64,000 nt of DNA from an uncultured virus (IMG/VR IMGVR_UViG_3300021387_001295) (IMGVR_UViG_3300021387_001295), one strand, 5' to 3'; shown: positions 1-9,853, numbered from the stretch's first letter. The notes: generated from the letters alone by a model not told the origin. Translations and numbers: made by a program.

Positions 1-57
1 GTAGTGGCGTTTGTTATTTAATACACCATCTACATCTAAAAATATAAATGTATCCAC
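1..57 (-). CDS. HAD-like domain protein, N-terminus only (runs off window)
   Basis: GTG start overlapping the upstream TAG; translates MDTFIFLDVDGVLNKQTPL, with HAD motif I DxDGV. Confidence 0.55.
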   Translation of the reverse strand, partial: MDTFIFLDVDGVLNNKRHY

Positions 58-272
58 TACTCATCGATTCCTTCCTTTAAATATTTACGTATGCAATTTC
101 CACAGAAGTCAAACTTTTGTATCTTTTCTAAACCAGACTGGCCAAGTTTGCTTTTCGAAATATAAACCACATAACGTTTCTCTTTGTTAGTATGAATTTT
201 CCTATGACATTTATCACATTCGAAAACACTTCCCTTGTGCTGTCTATTATAATCTATACTAACCAAACTCAT
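57..272 (-). CDS. small zinc-finger protein
   Basis: CDKC...CGNC cysteine pairs; translationally coupled to neighbours. Confidence 0.6.
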   Translation of the reverse strand: MSLVSIDYNRQHKGSVFECDKCHRKIHTNKEKRYVVYISKSKLGQSGLEKIQKFDFCGNCIRKYLKEGIDE

Positions 273-733
273 TAATTGTCTCCTTTGTGTCTTTGTTCGT
301 AATCAAATTTTATTTCTTCTTTACGCATTTCTACATCTGGATCTATTTCTACTTGCTCTAATAGTAGTTTCTTTTTTCTATCTTTTATTTCAGTTAAAGC
401 AAGTATAGCGTAATTTGCTAAATCTAAAAATGTATCTTCAATTTTTTCTCCAACTACTGCTACATCATCTGATTTCATAAGAGTTTTAATACGATTCATC
501 TTATCATCCATTCTAACTAAGAATGAAGTAAGACCATATTCGTCAAATGTTTTCGATACACTATCACCATAGTCATGGTTCTTTTTAGAATATAAATCCC
601 ACATTTGGTTTAAATAATTTTGAAATATAGTTTCTTTTTCTGTTAATGGTCGATCTTCATAATGACATCCATCACATCCCATTTTTTCAACTCTACAATG
701 CATCCATTGTTTATCGTCACATTTTTCTTTCAT
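272..733 (-). CDS. DUF1599 / nucleotide-modification-associated domain protein
   Basis: KKNHDYGDS...RMDDKMNRI...DTFLDLANYAIL pattern; AGAAAGGAG RBS. Confidence 0.7.
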   Translation of the reverse strand: MKEKCDDKQWMHCRVEKMGCDGCHYEDRPLTEKETIFQNYLNQMWDLYSKKNHDYGDSVSKTFDEYGLTSFLVRMDDKMNRIKTLMKSDDVAVVGEKIEDTFLDLANYAILALTEIKDRKKKLLLEQVEIDPDVEMRKEEIKFDYEQRHKGDN

Positions 734-748
734 ATTAAAACTCCTTTC

Positions 749-1039
749 TTAATCCCAATATTGGAAATCCTTTAATTCATCAAATATCTTTTCAAGTTCA
801 TTCTCTATGTATTCCATAGATATCCATTCTTTTGTCTTTTGATTAAGAGGATCACCAGAAGGATCTTGTAATTTTTGGCAATATATAACATCTTCATCAT
901 ATATTTTCCTATTATATATACGTCTGTACAATTCACATAAATCATTTATCCCAACATAAGCCTTAGATTTTTCATTAATTAATTTAAGATACTCTGATGC
1001 ATCTTCATCATTAGTATCTATTTCAAAAGTTATTTTCAT
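749..1039 (-). CDS. hypothetical protein
   Basis: ORF; start moved to MKITFE, which follows a purine-rich RBS. Confidence 0.55.
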   Translation of the reverse strand: MKITFEIDTNDEDASEYLKLINEKSKAYVGINDLCELYRRIYNRKIYDEDVIYCQKLQDPSGDPLNQKTKEWISMEYIENELEKIFDELKDFQYWD

Positions 1040-1080
1040 ACTTTTCCCTTTCCTTTCTTTCAATATAATCATTATATTCC

Positions 1081-1770
1081 TTAATCAATCTGTGGGATAT
1101 GTTTGATGGTATCAGGGCCGAAATTCTTTTCAATTCCTCCCCAAGCTGCTTCATAGGTTTCTCCGTTTTTTCCAGCGCATGGCACGACTCTAATCCCATT
1201 GTTGTCAAAATTTCTTTTAATGTGAGTAGAGTCTTCTTGACGAAAAAACTTTTCATCTAATATCATTATACCATACTCTTCACATATAGCTCGTTCAATT
1301 CTGCATCCTCTAGCTTTTTCCCATCCATTAACAAAATATACAGCATCAGCATTACTTAAAAATTTCTGAAGAGTTCTTCCTAAATAAAATACCCCAGGAT
1401 TTCTTAAGTTTGTATCTGCTTCTTCTGTTAAGAATGAGTCCATAACTTCTATATGATACTTAGCAAATTTTTCTTTTAAATCATTTTGTATTCTTTTTAC
1501 TTCCTCATCTGGTATTCCAGACATTGGTTGAGATATCATTACTTTCATTTTGTCATCTCCTATTTTATAATATTTTAAATAATCTGGTTTAAGTTGAACT
1601 TGATTATCTATTTGTGACTTAGCTTGTTGAAAATAATGGTTAATAACCCAAGCAGTACTATGATAATCTGTAGATAATTGTTCAGCCATTAAATGAATCA
1701 TTCTATTAATATATTCATTCCATGTAGCTTGTTTACCATTACTACGTCCACATACCTCATTTATAATCAT
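1081..1770 (-). CDS. DUF4406 / nucleoside 2-deoxyribosyltransferase-like domain protein
   Basis: MKVMISQPMSG...DAVYFVNGWEKARGCRIERAICEEYG in the C-terminal two-thirds. Confidence 0.65.
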   Translation of the reverse strand: MIINEVCGRSNGKQATWNEYINRMIHLMAEQLSTDYHSTAWVINHYFQQAKSQIDNQVQLKPDYLKYYKIGDDKMKVMISQPMSGIPDEEVKRIQNDLKEKFAKYHIEVMDSFLTEEADTNLRNPGVFYLGRTLQKFLSNADAVYFVNGWEKARGCRIERAICEEYGIMILDEKFFRQEDSTHIKRNFDNNGIRVVPCAGKNGETYEAAWGGIEKNFGPDTIKHIPQID

Positions 1771-1900
1771 AAGGCCACCTCCTGTATCGTATATAGTTTA
1801 TTAGTTTGTAAATTCCAAATATCAATAGTTCGATTGTTAGTGTAGACACTACCCCAATACCCACTCCAAATAAAATAATATTAATAAATAGTGTCTTCAT
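1757..1900 (-). CDS. small membrane protein
   Basis: MKTLFINIILFGVGIGVV..., hydrophobic, after AGGAGG. Confidence 0.5.
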   Translation of the reverse strand: MKTLFINIILFGVGIGVVSTLTIELLIFGIYKLINYIRYRRWPYDYK

Positions 1901-1904
1901 ACAC

Positions 1905-2192
1905 TTAACCTCCTTTATGTGTTTCTTCATAAGCTCCATTAATATGTTCTATTGCGACTATTAATGGCTCATCAACAATCATATCTTTAATACCTTCATT
2001 ACGATATTTTGTGATAATGACTTTTAAGTAATTAGAATATGCAATGTTCTCTTGTTCAATATCTTGTTCTAAGATATGTTTAAGAGATTTAAATACTCTT
2101 CTAACTCTTCTACGTGGAATATAAGATTGTAATTTTTCTTTAAGATCATGATTTTCTCTTCGTAGAAGTTTTAGTTCTTCCTCTGTCGACAT
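1905..2192 (-). CDS. hypothetical protein
   Basis: ORF with RBS; coiled-coil-like N-terminus. Confidence 0.55.
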   Translation of the reverse strand: MSTEEELKLLRRENHDLKEKLQSYIPRRRVRRVFKSLKHILEQDIEQENIAYSNYLKVIITKYRNEGIKDMIVDEPLIVAIEHINGAYEETHKGG

Positions 2193-2343
2193 GATTCCCC
2201 CTTCCTACCAAATGATCGATAAGCTCTAAAGCTTCTCCACCTTTGATAACATTTAATATACCTAGTTGTCCACTCTTAGATTCTTGACCTACTATAATTT
2301 GTGGTATTTCTGGTTGAAAATGTACTATATAATCTTTTGACAT
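2146..2343 (-). CDS. hypothetical protein
   Basis: ORF preceded by AGGAGG. Confidence 0.5.
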   Translation of the reverse strand: MSKDYIVHFQPEIPQIIVGQESKSGQLGILNVIKGGEALELIDHLVGRGNHVDRGRTKTSTKRKS

Positions 2344-2354
2344 AATTATTCCTC

Positions 2355-3083
2355 CTATCTTTTTGGTAGTATTTCATTAGAAATATATCTGTATGTTCTT
2401 GAATGGAAATTATAGAAATGTTCTAACACTTGTGCACATTGTTCAGCATTACCATAATTCTCTGTGCCATATTTTAATATAACATTATCGTGTAGTTTTT
2501 GTCTATCAATATCTTGCAAATAATATATCTTAACAAGCAAGAAGAAAAATATAGCTGGGTTAATAATTTTTACTTTAATATTATCTCTAATATCTTTCAT
2601 ATATTGTAGACAAATAATTCCGTCTTTCATATCTTGCTCTGTAAATTCTATTTCTCCAGCTTTAATCTTTCTTTCCTTAATATATTTTTTACCTATAGCT
2701 GCTACTATAACTTTTAAAGGAAATTCGTCAAATCCTTTAGTTACTTTTTCTAATGCTTTAAATGATACTTTACCTAAACTAGCATAATAATGAATATAAT
2801 CTAGCATTCCCCAATTCTTTTGAGTATTATTAATTGTGATTAAGTCAGCGCTTGTTACTGAATCATCAATGTAATACATTATAGGCCAACTTAATTCCTT
2901 TAATGCTACAAATCTATGTTGTCCATCTATAATTTCCCAATTACTATTACATATTATTGGCATAATTTGACGTCCGTCATCTATTAATTTAGATTTAAGA
3001 CTTGCTACTTTGTTATAACTTACCTCTCTATTTTCTTTTTTAAATTTAAATAATTCATAATTTGTTGTATTTTTTATTTCCAT
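2355..3083 (-). CDS. ParB/Sulfiredoxin-like N-terminal domain protein
   Basis: IMPIICNSNWEIIDGQHRFVAL motif. Confidence 0.7.
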   Translation of the reverse strand: MEIKNTTNYELFKFKKENREVSYNKVASLKSKLIDDGRQIMPIICNSNWEIIDGQHRFVALKELSWPIMYYIDDSVTSADLITINNTQKNWGMLDYIHYYASLGKVSFKALEKVTKGFDEFPLKVIVAAIGKKYIKERKIKAGEIEFTEQDMKDGIICLQYMKDIRDNIKVKIINPAIFFFLLVKIYYLQDIDRQKLHDNVILKYGTENYGNAEQCAQVLEHFYNFHSRTYRYISNEILPKR

Positions 3084-3106
3084 TTTTTTATTCCTCCTAT
3101 TACTAT

Positions 3107-3574
3107 TTATAATTCTATAAAATTTATTCCGGGCTTTGGATTTTCCATAGCGTTCATAATTTGTTGTGCGATTATTTCATCTTTCTTTGCTTCAGGTCCA
3201 TTTGGGTTTTCTCTTGATTTTCTTATATGATCTTCAAATTGTTCCCAAACTGTTAGTGGTTCTTTATCTGGTTTCATTACTCTAGCTGTGTCTTTGTATT
3301 TATCTGGTACTGAAAACTCAATATATGCATAAGTATTATCATGATCATCGTCATAGTCACAAATATAATTTGGATGGCGTTTCATCATTTCAAATACTCT
3401 ATCATATTCAGTTCTATTACTTCCTCCACATCTGGTGTAAACTATTATTTTATCTCCTGCTTTATTTAAATATACATTTCTATAGCGTCCGAACACCTCT
3501 TTATTAAGTCCTAAGAAACCTATTAAAGCTGCTGCATCCGGATTTTCATCAAATAATTGATTATATAAACTCAT
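3107..3574 (-). CDS. hypothetical phage protein
   Basis: 155-aa ORF with RBS (YTRCGGSNR, DDDHDNTYA). Confidence 0.6.
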   Translation of the reverse strand: MSLYNQLFDENPDAAALIGFLGLNKEVFGRYRNVYLNKAGDKIIVYTRCGGSNRTEYDRVFEMMKRHPNYICDYDDDHDNTYAYIEFSVPDKYKDTARVMKPDKEPLTVWEQFEDHIRKSRENPNGPEAKKDEIIAQQIMNAMENPKPGINFIEL

Positions 3575-3834
3575 TTTTTATTTCCTCTCTTTCTTTGTTT
3601 TAATTCTAAATATGTTGCTTTATCTTCTATTTGTTGTTCTGGTATAAATGCTCTTGTTATTTCTATGCATGGTATTTGACTAGTTGATCTAAATATCTGA
3701 AAGTCAACTTGTAAATGAGAGAAATATCTTTCATCACCTAATATGCTTTCAGCATTATCAATTATAGATTGGCCACATTGTTCTATTTGTTCTATTAATT
3801 CTTTTCTGGTATACATATTACGTTTAGTTCCCAA
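3571..3834 (-). CDS. hypothetical protein
   Basis: TTG-start ORF after AAGGAG; overlaps next start (ATGA). Confidence 0.55.
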   Translation of the reverse strand: MGTKRNMYTRKELIEQIEQCGQSIIDNAESILGDERYFSHLQVDFQIFRSTSQIPCIEITRAFIPEQQIEDKATYLELKQRKRGNKK

Positions 3835-3838
3835 AATA

Positions 3839-3997
3839 TCATCTCCTTCCAGTATCTACTTCTTCAACTACTGTTTCTTTTTTACACTTTGGGCACACAC
3901 CGTAGTAACCATAACCTCTTGCGTTAGTTCTGTATTTAACTGGTATTCTTTTTTCACCACAATATCTACAGTTAACGACCGGATCTTTTATTTTCAT
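3839..3997 (-). CDS. small zinc-ribbon protein (52 aa, not in ORF track)
   Basis: MKIKDPVVNCRYCGEK...GVCPKCKKE; GGAGGTG RBS. Confidence 0.6.
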   Translation of the reverse strand: MKIKDPVVNCRYCGEKRIPVKYRTNARGYGYYGVCPKCKKETVVEEVDTGRR

Positions 3998-4253
3998 TTT
4001 GCCACACCTCCACTAATTTACTCATAGCTTTTGCTGCGTCTTCTGCTCTTTGCCCAAATTTTATCATAGATTCATTTATCTTCTTCCAATTTTCATAATC
4101 GTAAGAAGGTGGTATTGTATATTGTGTTAAATCATATTGGTTTTTAAATATAAGTCCCTGAGCTTCTAATATATAACGTTGATTGAATAATCTTTCCATC
4201 AGGGTATGTTTTTCTTTTATGGGTCCAGTATCATTAGTCATTATCGTTTTCAT
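3972..4253 (-). CDS. hypothetical protein
   Basis: ORF with AAGGAGG RBS. Confidence 0.55.
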   Translation of the reverse strand: MKTIMTNDTGPIKEKHTLMERLFNQRYILEAQGLIFKNQYDLTQYTIPPSYDYENWKKINESMIKFGQRAEDAAKAMSKLVEVWQNENKRSGR

Positions 4254-4267
4254 GCTTTAGACCTCCT

Positions 4268-5017
4268 TTATTGAATTCCTCTAAAATAACTCATTAAATT
4301 AATTTTTTGAATCATATCATCAATTCGACTACTAAAATCTTCATTTTCCTCAGGTGTTTCTGGGCAGAAGAATTCTATTTCATCTTTATGATCATTTGAT
4401 TCATCTATCCAAACTTTATGTATCACTTGTTGCTCCTCCTTTTGCTTTATTGGTTTTAAAATATAATGAGGCTGATACCTTGATTTTGTACCAGCCATGT
4501 TATGTTTAAATCTACTACGTAATTTAGTTTGTATTCGTGATATCTGAGCTTGACTTCTATTAAGTTGTTCACCGATTTCTCTTTGAGACAATCCCTGACG
4601 TTTTAGATTGAGAAATTCGGATTCAATTTCACTAAGATTTAAATCTTTAAATGCTTGTTGAATATCAATATCTAGTAACATAGCATCAATAGTATCGTTA
4701 TCATCTGGAATAAGATCTTCAACTGTTAATTGATTTTTATCATCCTCACAAACAATACTATTAATACTAAAATCATGTTCTTTATGTCTCTTAACAGAAC
4801 GTAAGTAGAAATTTATATTATTAAATATAGTCTTATATGCAATAGTTGTCAAAGCCCATTTAGGATTATAATGTTGTATAGCTTTCCATAATCCTAATAA
4901 AGCAACTTGTTTAATATCTTCATACTCATCCGGATAGTTTATACGGTATCTGTTTGCGATTTTATAAGCGATATTAATATTCTTATTAAACATATCGTTC
5001 ATTTCTTCAACAGTCAT
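4268..5017 (-). CDS. RNA polymerase sigma factor (sigma-70 family, regions 2 and 4)
   Basis: EDIKQVALLGLWKAIQHYNP (region 2); GLSQREIGEQLNRSQAQISRI (region 4 HTH). Confidence 0.85.
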   Translation of the reverse strand: MTVEEMNDMFNKNINIAYKIANRYRINYPDEYEDIKQVALLGLWKAIQHYNPKWALTTIAYKTIFNNINFYLRSVKRHKEHDFSINSIVCEDDKNQLTVEDLIPDDNDTIDAMLLDIDIQQAFKDLNLSEIESEFLNLKRQGLSQREIGEQLNRSQAQISRIQTKLRSRFKHNMAGTKSRYQPHYILKPIKQKEEQQVIHKVWIDESNDHKDEIEFFCPETPEENEDFSSRIDDMIQKINLMSYFRGIQ

Positions 5018-5029
5018 AACCGTATACTC

Positions 5030-5233
5030 TTATCCTTTCTTTTTCTTTTTTAACTCAGCTTTCTCTTTTTTAGTTAATTCTCTTTGCTCAAAATATGCTG
5101 GTTTTCTTGAATGTTCCATTGTAGGCATACTTAAACAAGTGTGGCATGGGTCTTTCCAATCTTCTTTATCTTTGAATTTGCAATTAGGACAGTAAATATC
5201 AAATTCAACAATATGTTCTCTAACTTCTGGCAT
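5030..5233 (-). CDS. small Cys-rich protein
   Basis: YCPNCKF...DPCHTCL; AGAAAGGAGG RBS. Confidence 0.6.
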   Translation of the reverse strand: MPEVREHIVEFDIYCPNCKFKDKEDWKDPCHTCLSMPTMEHSRKPAYFEQRELTKKEKAELKKKKKG

Positions 5234-5250
5234 TTGGTTACCTCCTTTCT

Positions 5251-5499
5251 TTATTCTAATTCATCTGCTGCAACTATATAACCTAATCCATCAACTTTAC
5301 CATAATATAATTTATGTGGAAAGTCTCTGTTAAAATCGGGTCTCCTTCTTAAGAAATTATAACAAGCAGGGTTACCGCTTATTCCAAGGTTAAATACCTC
5401 ATCGTTTGTTAATGTGTCTGTTATTCTTAAATCTACTATGAAATCTTTACCACCAATTCCTTGATGAGTAACATGTGGTTTTATTTTACGTATAGTCAT
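5251..5499 (-). CDS. hypothetical protein
   Basis: ORF with AAGGAGG RBS. Confidence 0.6.
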   Translation of the reverse strand: MTIRKIKPHVTHQGIGGKDFIVDLRITDTLTNDEVFNLGISGNPACYNFLRRRPDFNRDFPHKLYYGKVDGLGYIVAADELE

Positions 5500-5520
5500 A
5501 AGTATATTCCTCCTTTTTTT

Positions 5521-5655
5521 TTATTTGATTTTATTAATAAATTCTTTTGCTAAGTTTATTCCTTTTTCTGTAATTCCTCCAAGATTTTTATCTAGAGCTT
5601 GAGCTACAGTATATCCTAGGTAAAATCCTATTCCTAATTTAATATATTCTTTCAT
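5521..5655 (-). CDS. small protein (44 aa, not in ORF track)
   Basis: MKEYIKLGIGFYLGYTVAQALDK...; GGAGG RBS. Confidence 0.5.
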   Translation of the reverse strand: MKEYIKLGIGFYLGYTVAQALDKNLGGITEKGINLAKEFINKIK

Positions 5656-5667
5656 ATCACATACCTC

Positions 5668-5928
5668 CTATATGAAAAATTTGTTGTTTATAAATTTTTT
5701 ATAATCGTTGTAGATAGCATCAGCTATTTCATTAATGTTATATGGAGATATAAATGAAGAATTATCACTTCTAACATTATCTAAATTAACTATGTATCTA
5801 CATGTAGGGCAACCAAATATAGTGATAGTAACATTGTCACCATTCTTTCCTACAAATATCTGTCCTTTAATTCGTTCTGTTAATTTTTCTCTTAATTCCA
5901 TGCATCTTACAAATTCGTATCTTAGCAT
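5668..5928 (-). CDS. hypothetical protein
   Basis: ORF with AAGGAGG RBS. Confidence 0.55.
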   Translation of the reverse strand: MLRYEFVRCMELREKLTERIKGQIFVGKNGDNVTITIFGCPTCRYIVNLDNVRSDNSSFISPYNINEIADAIYNDYKKFINNKFFI

Positions 5929-5942
5929 TGTTAACCTCCTTA

Positions 5943-7171
5943 TTAAATATAATGTCTAGCATATCTAGACTCATTGAAGCTTTTTTTATCTAATAGGGCC
6001 CTATTTATTGCTAGGTCTATATTAGCTTTACTTTTTAAATGATAATAATATAAATCTTTATAAGGAGTGTTTAATCTATCAATTCTACCACATGCTTGAG
6101 ATACAATCTTATAAGAATAATTCTGACTGAAAAATATAATTGTGTCTGTTGTTGTACAATTCCAACCTTCGGCTCCAGCTGTATATTGAACCAAGTAGAT
6201 CCATCGATCTCCTTTTGGAAGTGGATCATGTTGATGTCCATTCCATTCTTTAACTGGCCTACCCCAATAATCTATTGATTTAAGCATAGCTAGCTCATAA
6301 TCAAAATTGTAAAATATAATTACTTTGGGTTTTTCTTCTGCAATTTCTAAGACTTTTAGTAGACGATCATCTGATTCATTAACTATACGTCGTAAAGTAT
6401 AACATAATTCACTTGCTTGTTGTATTGGTTCATTTTTATAAGGATTCCATCTTAATTTCATAGCTTGTCTGTATCTTTCTTTGTCATAGCTAACCCAAAC
6501 ATTCTCATGATGAGCGACTGTTTGACGTTTAAAATCCATGTCTACTAAAATTTGATTTCTGTATTTTATAAGTCTCCCTTGATTTCTATATCCATCGATT
6601 TTAGGAAACTTACTAAATCTCGAGTAAATAATATGCTCTCTAGCAAATTGAGTCTTATTCTTATAAAATCCATTAGCCATGAACACAGGAATATAATCAG
6701 ACCAAGTATCACCAGGAGTTGCTGAGAGTAGTATCCAGTTATTATGTTTTGTTATCTTTAAAAAGTTTTTGGTCCAAGCGCCGATAACCAACTACTCTCT
6801 GCTCATCAAATATAAAGAAAGCATTGGTAACATTTGCATACTTCTTAATATTATTCCAAGAATCGACATAAATTCTACATCCATTCTCTTTTTTATTATT
6901 TTCATCCGTAGACAGTAAGAAATATGTAAGTTCACCTTGCCATTCAAGTGTATCACGTTTTCGTGCAGTTGTTATTATATATAGATCTTTTGGTTTCTTC
7001 ATTTTATGAAATTTATCGTCTATATAACCGGCCTTGTTCCTTAAAATAATAGTAGAGTGCTGTCCTGGATTTACCAGAACCAACACCTCCACATAATATA
7101 CATCCATTATGCATATTATCAACAGCTTCCATTTGATAATCATACAAGAATGGTCTGCTTTCTTTTTTCAT
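5943..7171 (-). CDS. SF2 (SNF2/DEAD-like) helicase, ~408 aa, requiring two +1 shifts at CGG (7028-7030, 6781-6783)
   Basis: Walker A GVGSGKS, FIFDEQ, LSATPGD, AGAEGWN and QACGRIDR are spread over three ORFs; skipping the C of each CGG gives EQG-GYIDD and VVGY-GAWTK. Confidence 0.85.
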
Positions 7172-7187
7172 AAATATCAATACCTTT

Positions 7188-7877
7188 CTATTGTGCTGCA
7201 CCACTCATTATTCCACCAGCGGCTTTACCATTAATAGCATTGTTTATTGCATCTGCTAATCCGGATTCCATAAGTTTATTAATATCAACAGAATTATCTG
7301 GTACAGGCATTTTCATAGCTGCTTGTGCTGCTCCTTCACCACCCTGTGGTCCAGCTTCTTGAATTTCTATCAATTTTTCTTTCATTCTTTTTAATACTGA
7401 TTCAACTTTTTCTTTACTTTCTGGATTTAACATAATATGTTCTTTTCTTTCTTCATACCATTTAAATATTTCCCAAAGATTACCTTTATTCCAAGAGAAT
7501 GACCACCAGTCACAAATCATTTCAATTACAAAAACATCAGGCATTCTTAAACATTCAGTAGCTTCGTTAGGATCATCTTTATGTAATATCCAATGTTGCC
7601 AATGATGTGGATTCCTATGAATATGTTCTAACCATGCATAATTAAAATCTTCTACAACTTGCGCTGATCTATTTTTACCATAGAAATATGCATCATATGG
7701 TTGATACTCATCTGGCTCTTGTTTTGATCTATCATGACCAAATTTAATATTATAATCGATTTTAGAGATAACATCATCCCCACCAAAAATATCAGGGATG
7801 TTTTCTTTCATCCAACAAAATCCTTTGTATACAGCATTAACATGTTGACTTAAATATTCATCATATTGAACACTCAT
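7188..7877 (-). CDS. HD-like phosphohydrolase (DUF5662-type)
   Basis: GHDRSK, HIHRNPHHWQHW and EMICDWW motifs. Confidence 0.65.
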   Translation of the reverse strand: MSVQYDEYLSQHVNAVYKGFCWMKENIPDIFGGDDVISKIDYNIKFGHDRSKQEPDEYQPYDAYFYGKNRSAQVVEDFNYAWLEHIHRNPHHWQHWILHKDDPNEATECLRMPDVFVIEMICDWWSFSWNKGNLWEIFKWYEERKEHIMLNPESKEKVESVLKRMKEKLIEIQEAGPQGGEGAAQAAMKMPVPDNSVDINKLMESGLADAINNAINGKAAGGIMSGAAQ

Positions 7878-8014
7878 TATATTCTCCCTTCTGCCCTAAG
7901 CGCATGCCAGGCTTCTCTAATTTTATTTGTTTTCATAGAATGTTTTAATATACTACGCATTATTTTGCGATTATATACTCCGTGGAATTTTTCTTTTCTC
8001 TTTTTATTAGCCAT
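7877..8014 (-). CDS. small basic protein (45 aa, not in ORF track)
   Basis: MANKKRKEKFHGVYNRKIMRS...; GGAGG RBS; TAATG coupling to next gene. Confidence 0.5.
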   Translation of the reverse strand: MANKKRKEKFHGVYNRKIMRSILKHSMKTNKIREAWHALRAEGRI

Positions 8015-8032
8015 TATCTATTTCCTCCATTA

Positions 8033-8458
8033 TTAATTATTAACAGTGCTTTCTGGTTCTATAATGATTGGTTCTTCTACCATATTTGCGTCAGGTTCTT
8101 CTTTTTCTTCTTCGATTGGCACACCTTCATCTATTGTAGATGGTTTACAAAATAGATCAATATGTTCAATCTCTGCTCTAATTCTTAGAATTTTTAAATA
8201 TTCATTCATGTAATATAATTGATCTTCAAATGTTCCTTCTGTGCATGCTGGAACAAAACCTAAAGTGCCAGCTTTCCATTTAATAAGCATATCATTTAAA
8301 GCATCAAATCTAACTTTTAATTGATAATATTCCGCTATAAATCTTTCCTTATAGTCTTCAGAACACATAAGGTCAACAGTATCTGCTAAAATAACAGGTG
8401 TCGTATTAATTTTTTCCATAAATTTTTCATATTCAGTCAATCTTTTTTCTTCGCTCAT
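8033..8458 (-). CDS. conserved phage protein (crAss001_48-like)
   Basis: SEDYKERFIAEYYQLKVR...GTLGFVPAC...YLKILRIRAEIE pattern. Confidence 0.55.
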   Translation of the reverse strand: MSEEKRLTEYEKFMEKINTTPVILADTVDLMCSEDYKERFIAEYYQLKVRFDALNDMLIKWKAGTLGFVPACTEGTFEDQLYYMNEYLKILRIRAEIEHIDLFCKPSTIDEGVPIEEEKEEPDANMVEEPIIIEPESTVNN

Positions 8459-8462
8459 AATA

Positions 8463-8732
8463 TTAATCCTCCTTTAAAATTTGTGGTTCTCTTGTTATAG
8501 ACTTAATAGCCCACATTTGAGCTTCTTCTAATTTAGTTCTTGCTAATGAAGATTCTCTACTATCAAGTAATATCTCATCAAAACATTTATACATTTCAGA
8601 AAATGCAAATCTAATCAATGCTATTTGATGTTCATGATCTGGATCACATTTTGTATATTGTGCAGTAGGATGTAAGTTTTCGTTTTTTAATTCTTCATCT
8701 AATTCTTTTTCAACAGTTTGTTCGTCTTGCAT
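8463..8732 (-). CDS. Acb2/Tad1-like helical-hairpin protein (candidate nucleotide-signal sponge)
   Basis: SRESSLARTKLEEAQMWAIKSI motif; start MQDEQ after GAAAGGAG. Confidence 0.6.
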   Translation of the reverse strand: MQDEQTVEKELDEELKNENLHPTAQYTKCDPDHEHQIALIRFAFSEMYKCFDEILLDSRESSLARTKLEEAQMWAIKSITREPQILKED

Positions 8733-8932
8733 AAATAACATCTCCTTTCTCATCAATATGTTCAACTAAGATAAGGTGCAAATTTGGGTTTATCTTTTCT
8801 CTTAAGCATCTGCTATGCAGACCATTACTCATTATGTCTTGTCTACAATCTATCATAATTGCCTGATGTAATGTGTTGTAATCATCTGCATAGGTTTCTC
8901 TAATGAATGATATAGCCATAAATATCACAACC

Positions 8933-9406
8933 TTAGAATGGTAATTCATCAGCAGCATATTTAGCACCAAATCTATCTATGTTTTGAATAACATTAATAG
9001 CTTGAAGATATGCACTTCTACCTGTCTTACCATTGACTTCCCAGTCATATCCTCTTAAATCCATATCAACACTAGAAATATCAATTTCATCTAGCATATC
9101 TATGGTTTCTTCTGTCAATTTTTGTACTTTCTTTCCAGATACCACATACACCCCTGGACCTCTATTGTTAAATTTTACTTTAACTGGTAAATACATGAAT
9201 GGTGATTCATCTTCATCTCTTGGTGGTTTAATTTTAACATTCCATCCTTCTTCTGTTAATCGATCACAAATTTCTTGATTAGGGATTATAACTGCAAAGT
9301 TTCTATCTCCCTCTCTATTATACTTACTTCCTACTCCTGAAAAATTTCTATAAATTATTCTTGCATCTTCTATTTGCAAAATACCGTTATGAATATCAAT
9401 TTTCAT
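8933..9406 (-). CDS. putative single-stranded DNA-binding protein
   Basis: RNFSG..YNREGDRNF, GRSAYL; acidic-aromatic tail DELPF. Confidence 0.7.
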   Translation of the reverse strand: MKIDIHNGILQIEDARIIYRNFSGVGSKYNREGDRNFAVIIPNQEICDRLTEEGWNVKIKPPRDEDESPFMYLPVKVKFNNRGPGVYVVSGKKVQKLTEETIDMLDEIDISSVDMDLRGYDWEVNGKTGRSAYLQAINVIQNIDRFGAKYAADELPF

Positions 9407-9463
9407 AATACTTATCTCCTTTCTAAAATAAAAACATAAGAGGATATTACTACCCTCTCTACA

Positions 9464-9853
9464 TTATTTTCTTACTGGTATAACTTTGTCTTGCCCTATA
9501 GCTTCATACATTCTATTGAACTGATGTGGTGTTAATTTAGCTTGGTTAAAATTTTCACACATTTTTTTAGTTATTTCAGTTGCTTCTTTCATAACAAGTT
9601 CAGTTTGTTCTGGACCAATTACTTTGTCCATCGCTGAAACATCTGCTAATGATGACATTCTTGCACCAGCCATAAAACAATCCATACCATGAACATATAA
9701 AGCACGTTTGAAAACCATAGTCAAACCGATAGTTACAACAGTAGTAATTCCTGCTGTTAGTAAAACATCACTCTTATGCTCTTCAACAAATTGCTTTGTT
9801 TTGCTTTCTTGTATTTTGTTTTTAAGTTTTTCTTTTAAGTCTTTTAATTTCAT
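9464..9853 (-). CDS. hypothetical membrane-anchored protein
   Basis: ORF with own CGCG promoter, RBS and downstream terminator; one hydrophobic segment. Confidence 0.6.
   Translation of the reverse strand: MKLKDLKEKLKNKIQESKTKQFVEEHKSDVLLTAGITTVVTIGLTMVFKRALYVHGMDCFMAGARMSSLADVSAMDKVIGPEQTELVMKEATEITKKMCENFNQAKLTPHQFNRMYEAIGQDKVIPVRK

Noticed and set aside
1023..1256. Alternative-frame minus-strand ORFs (also 11194-11415, 21652-21852, 33375-33575, 38257-38487, 49713-50030)
   Set aside because: They are nested in or overlap better-supported genes or promoters and lack an RBS.
8710..8970. 86-aa ORF between SSB and the Acb2/Tad1-like gene
   Set aside because: A shorter gene (MAISFIRE...) may be real, but the start and function could not be supported well enough to list.
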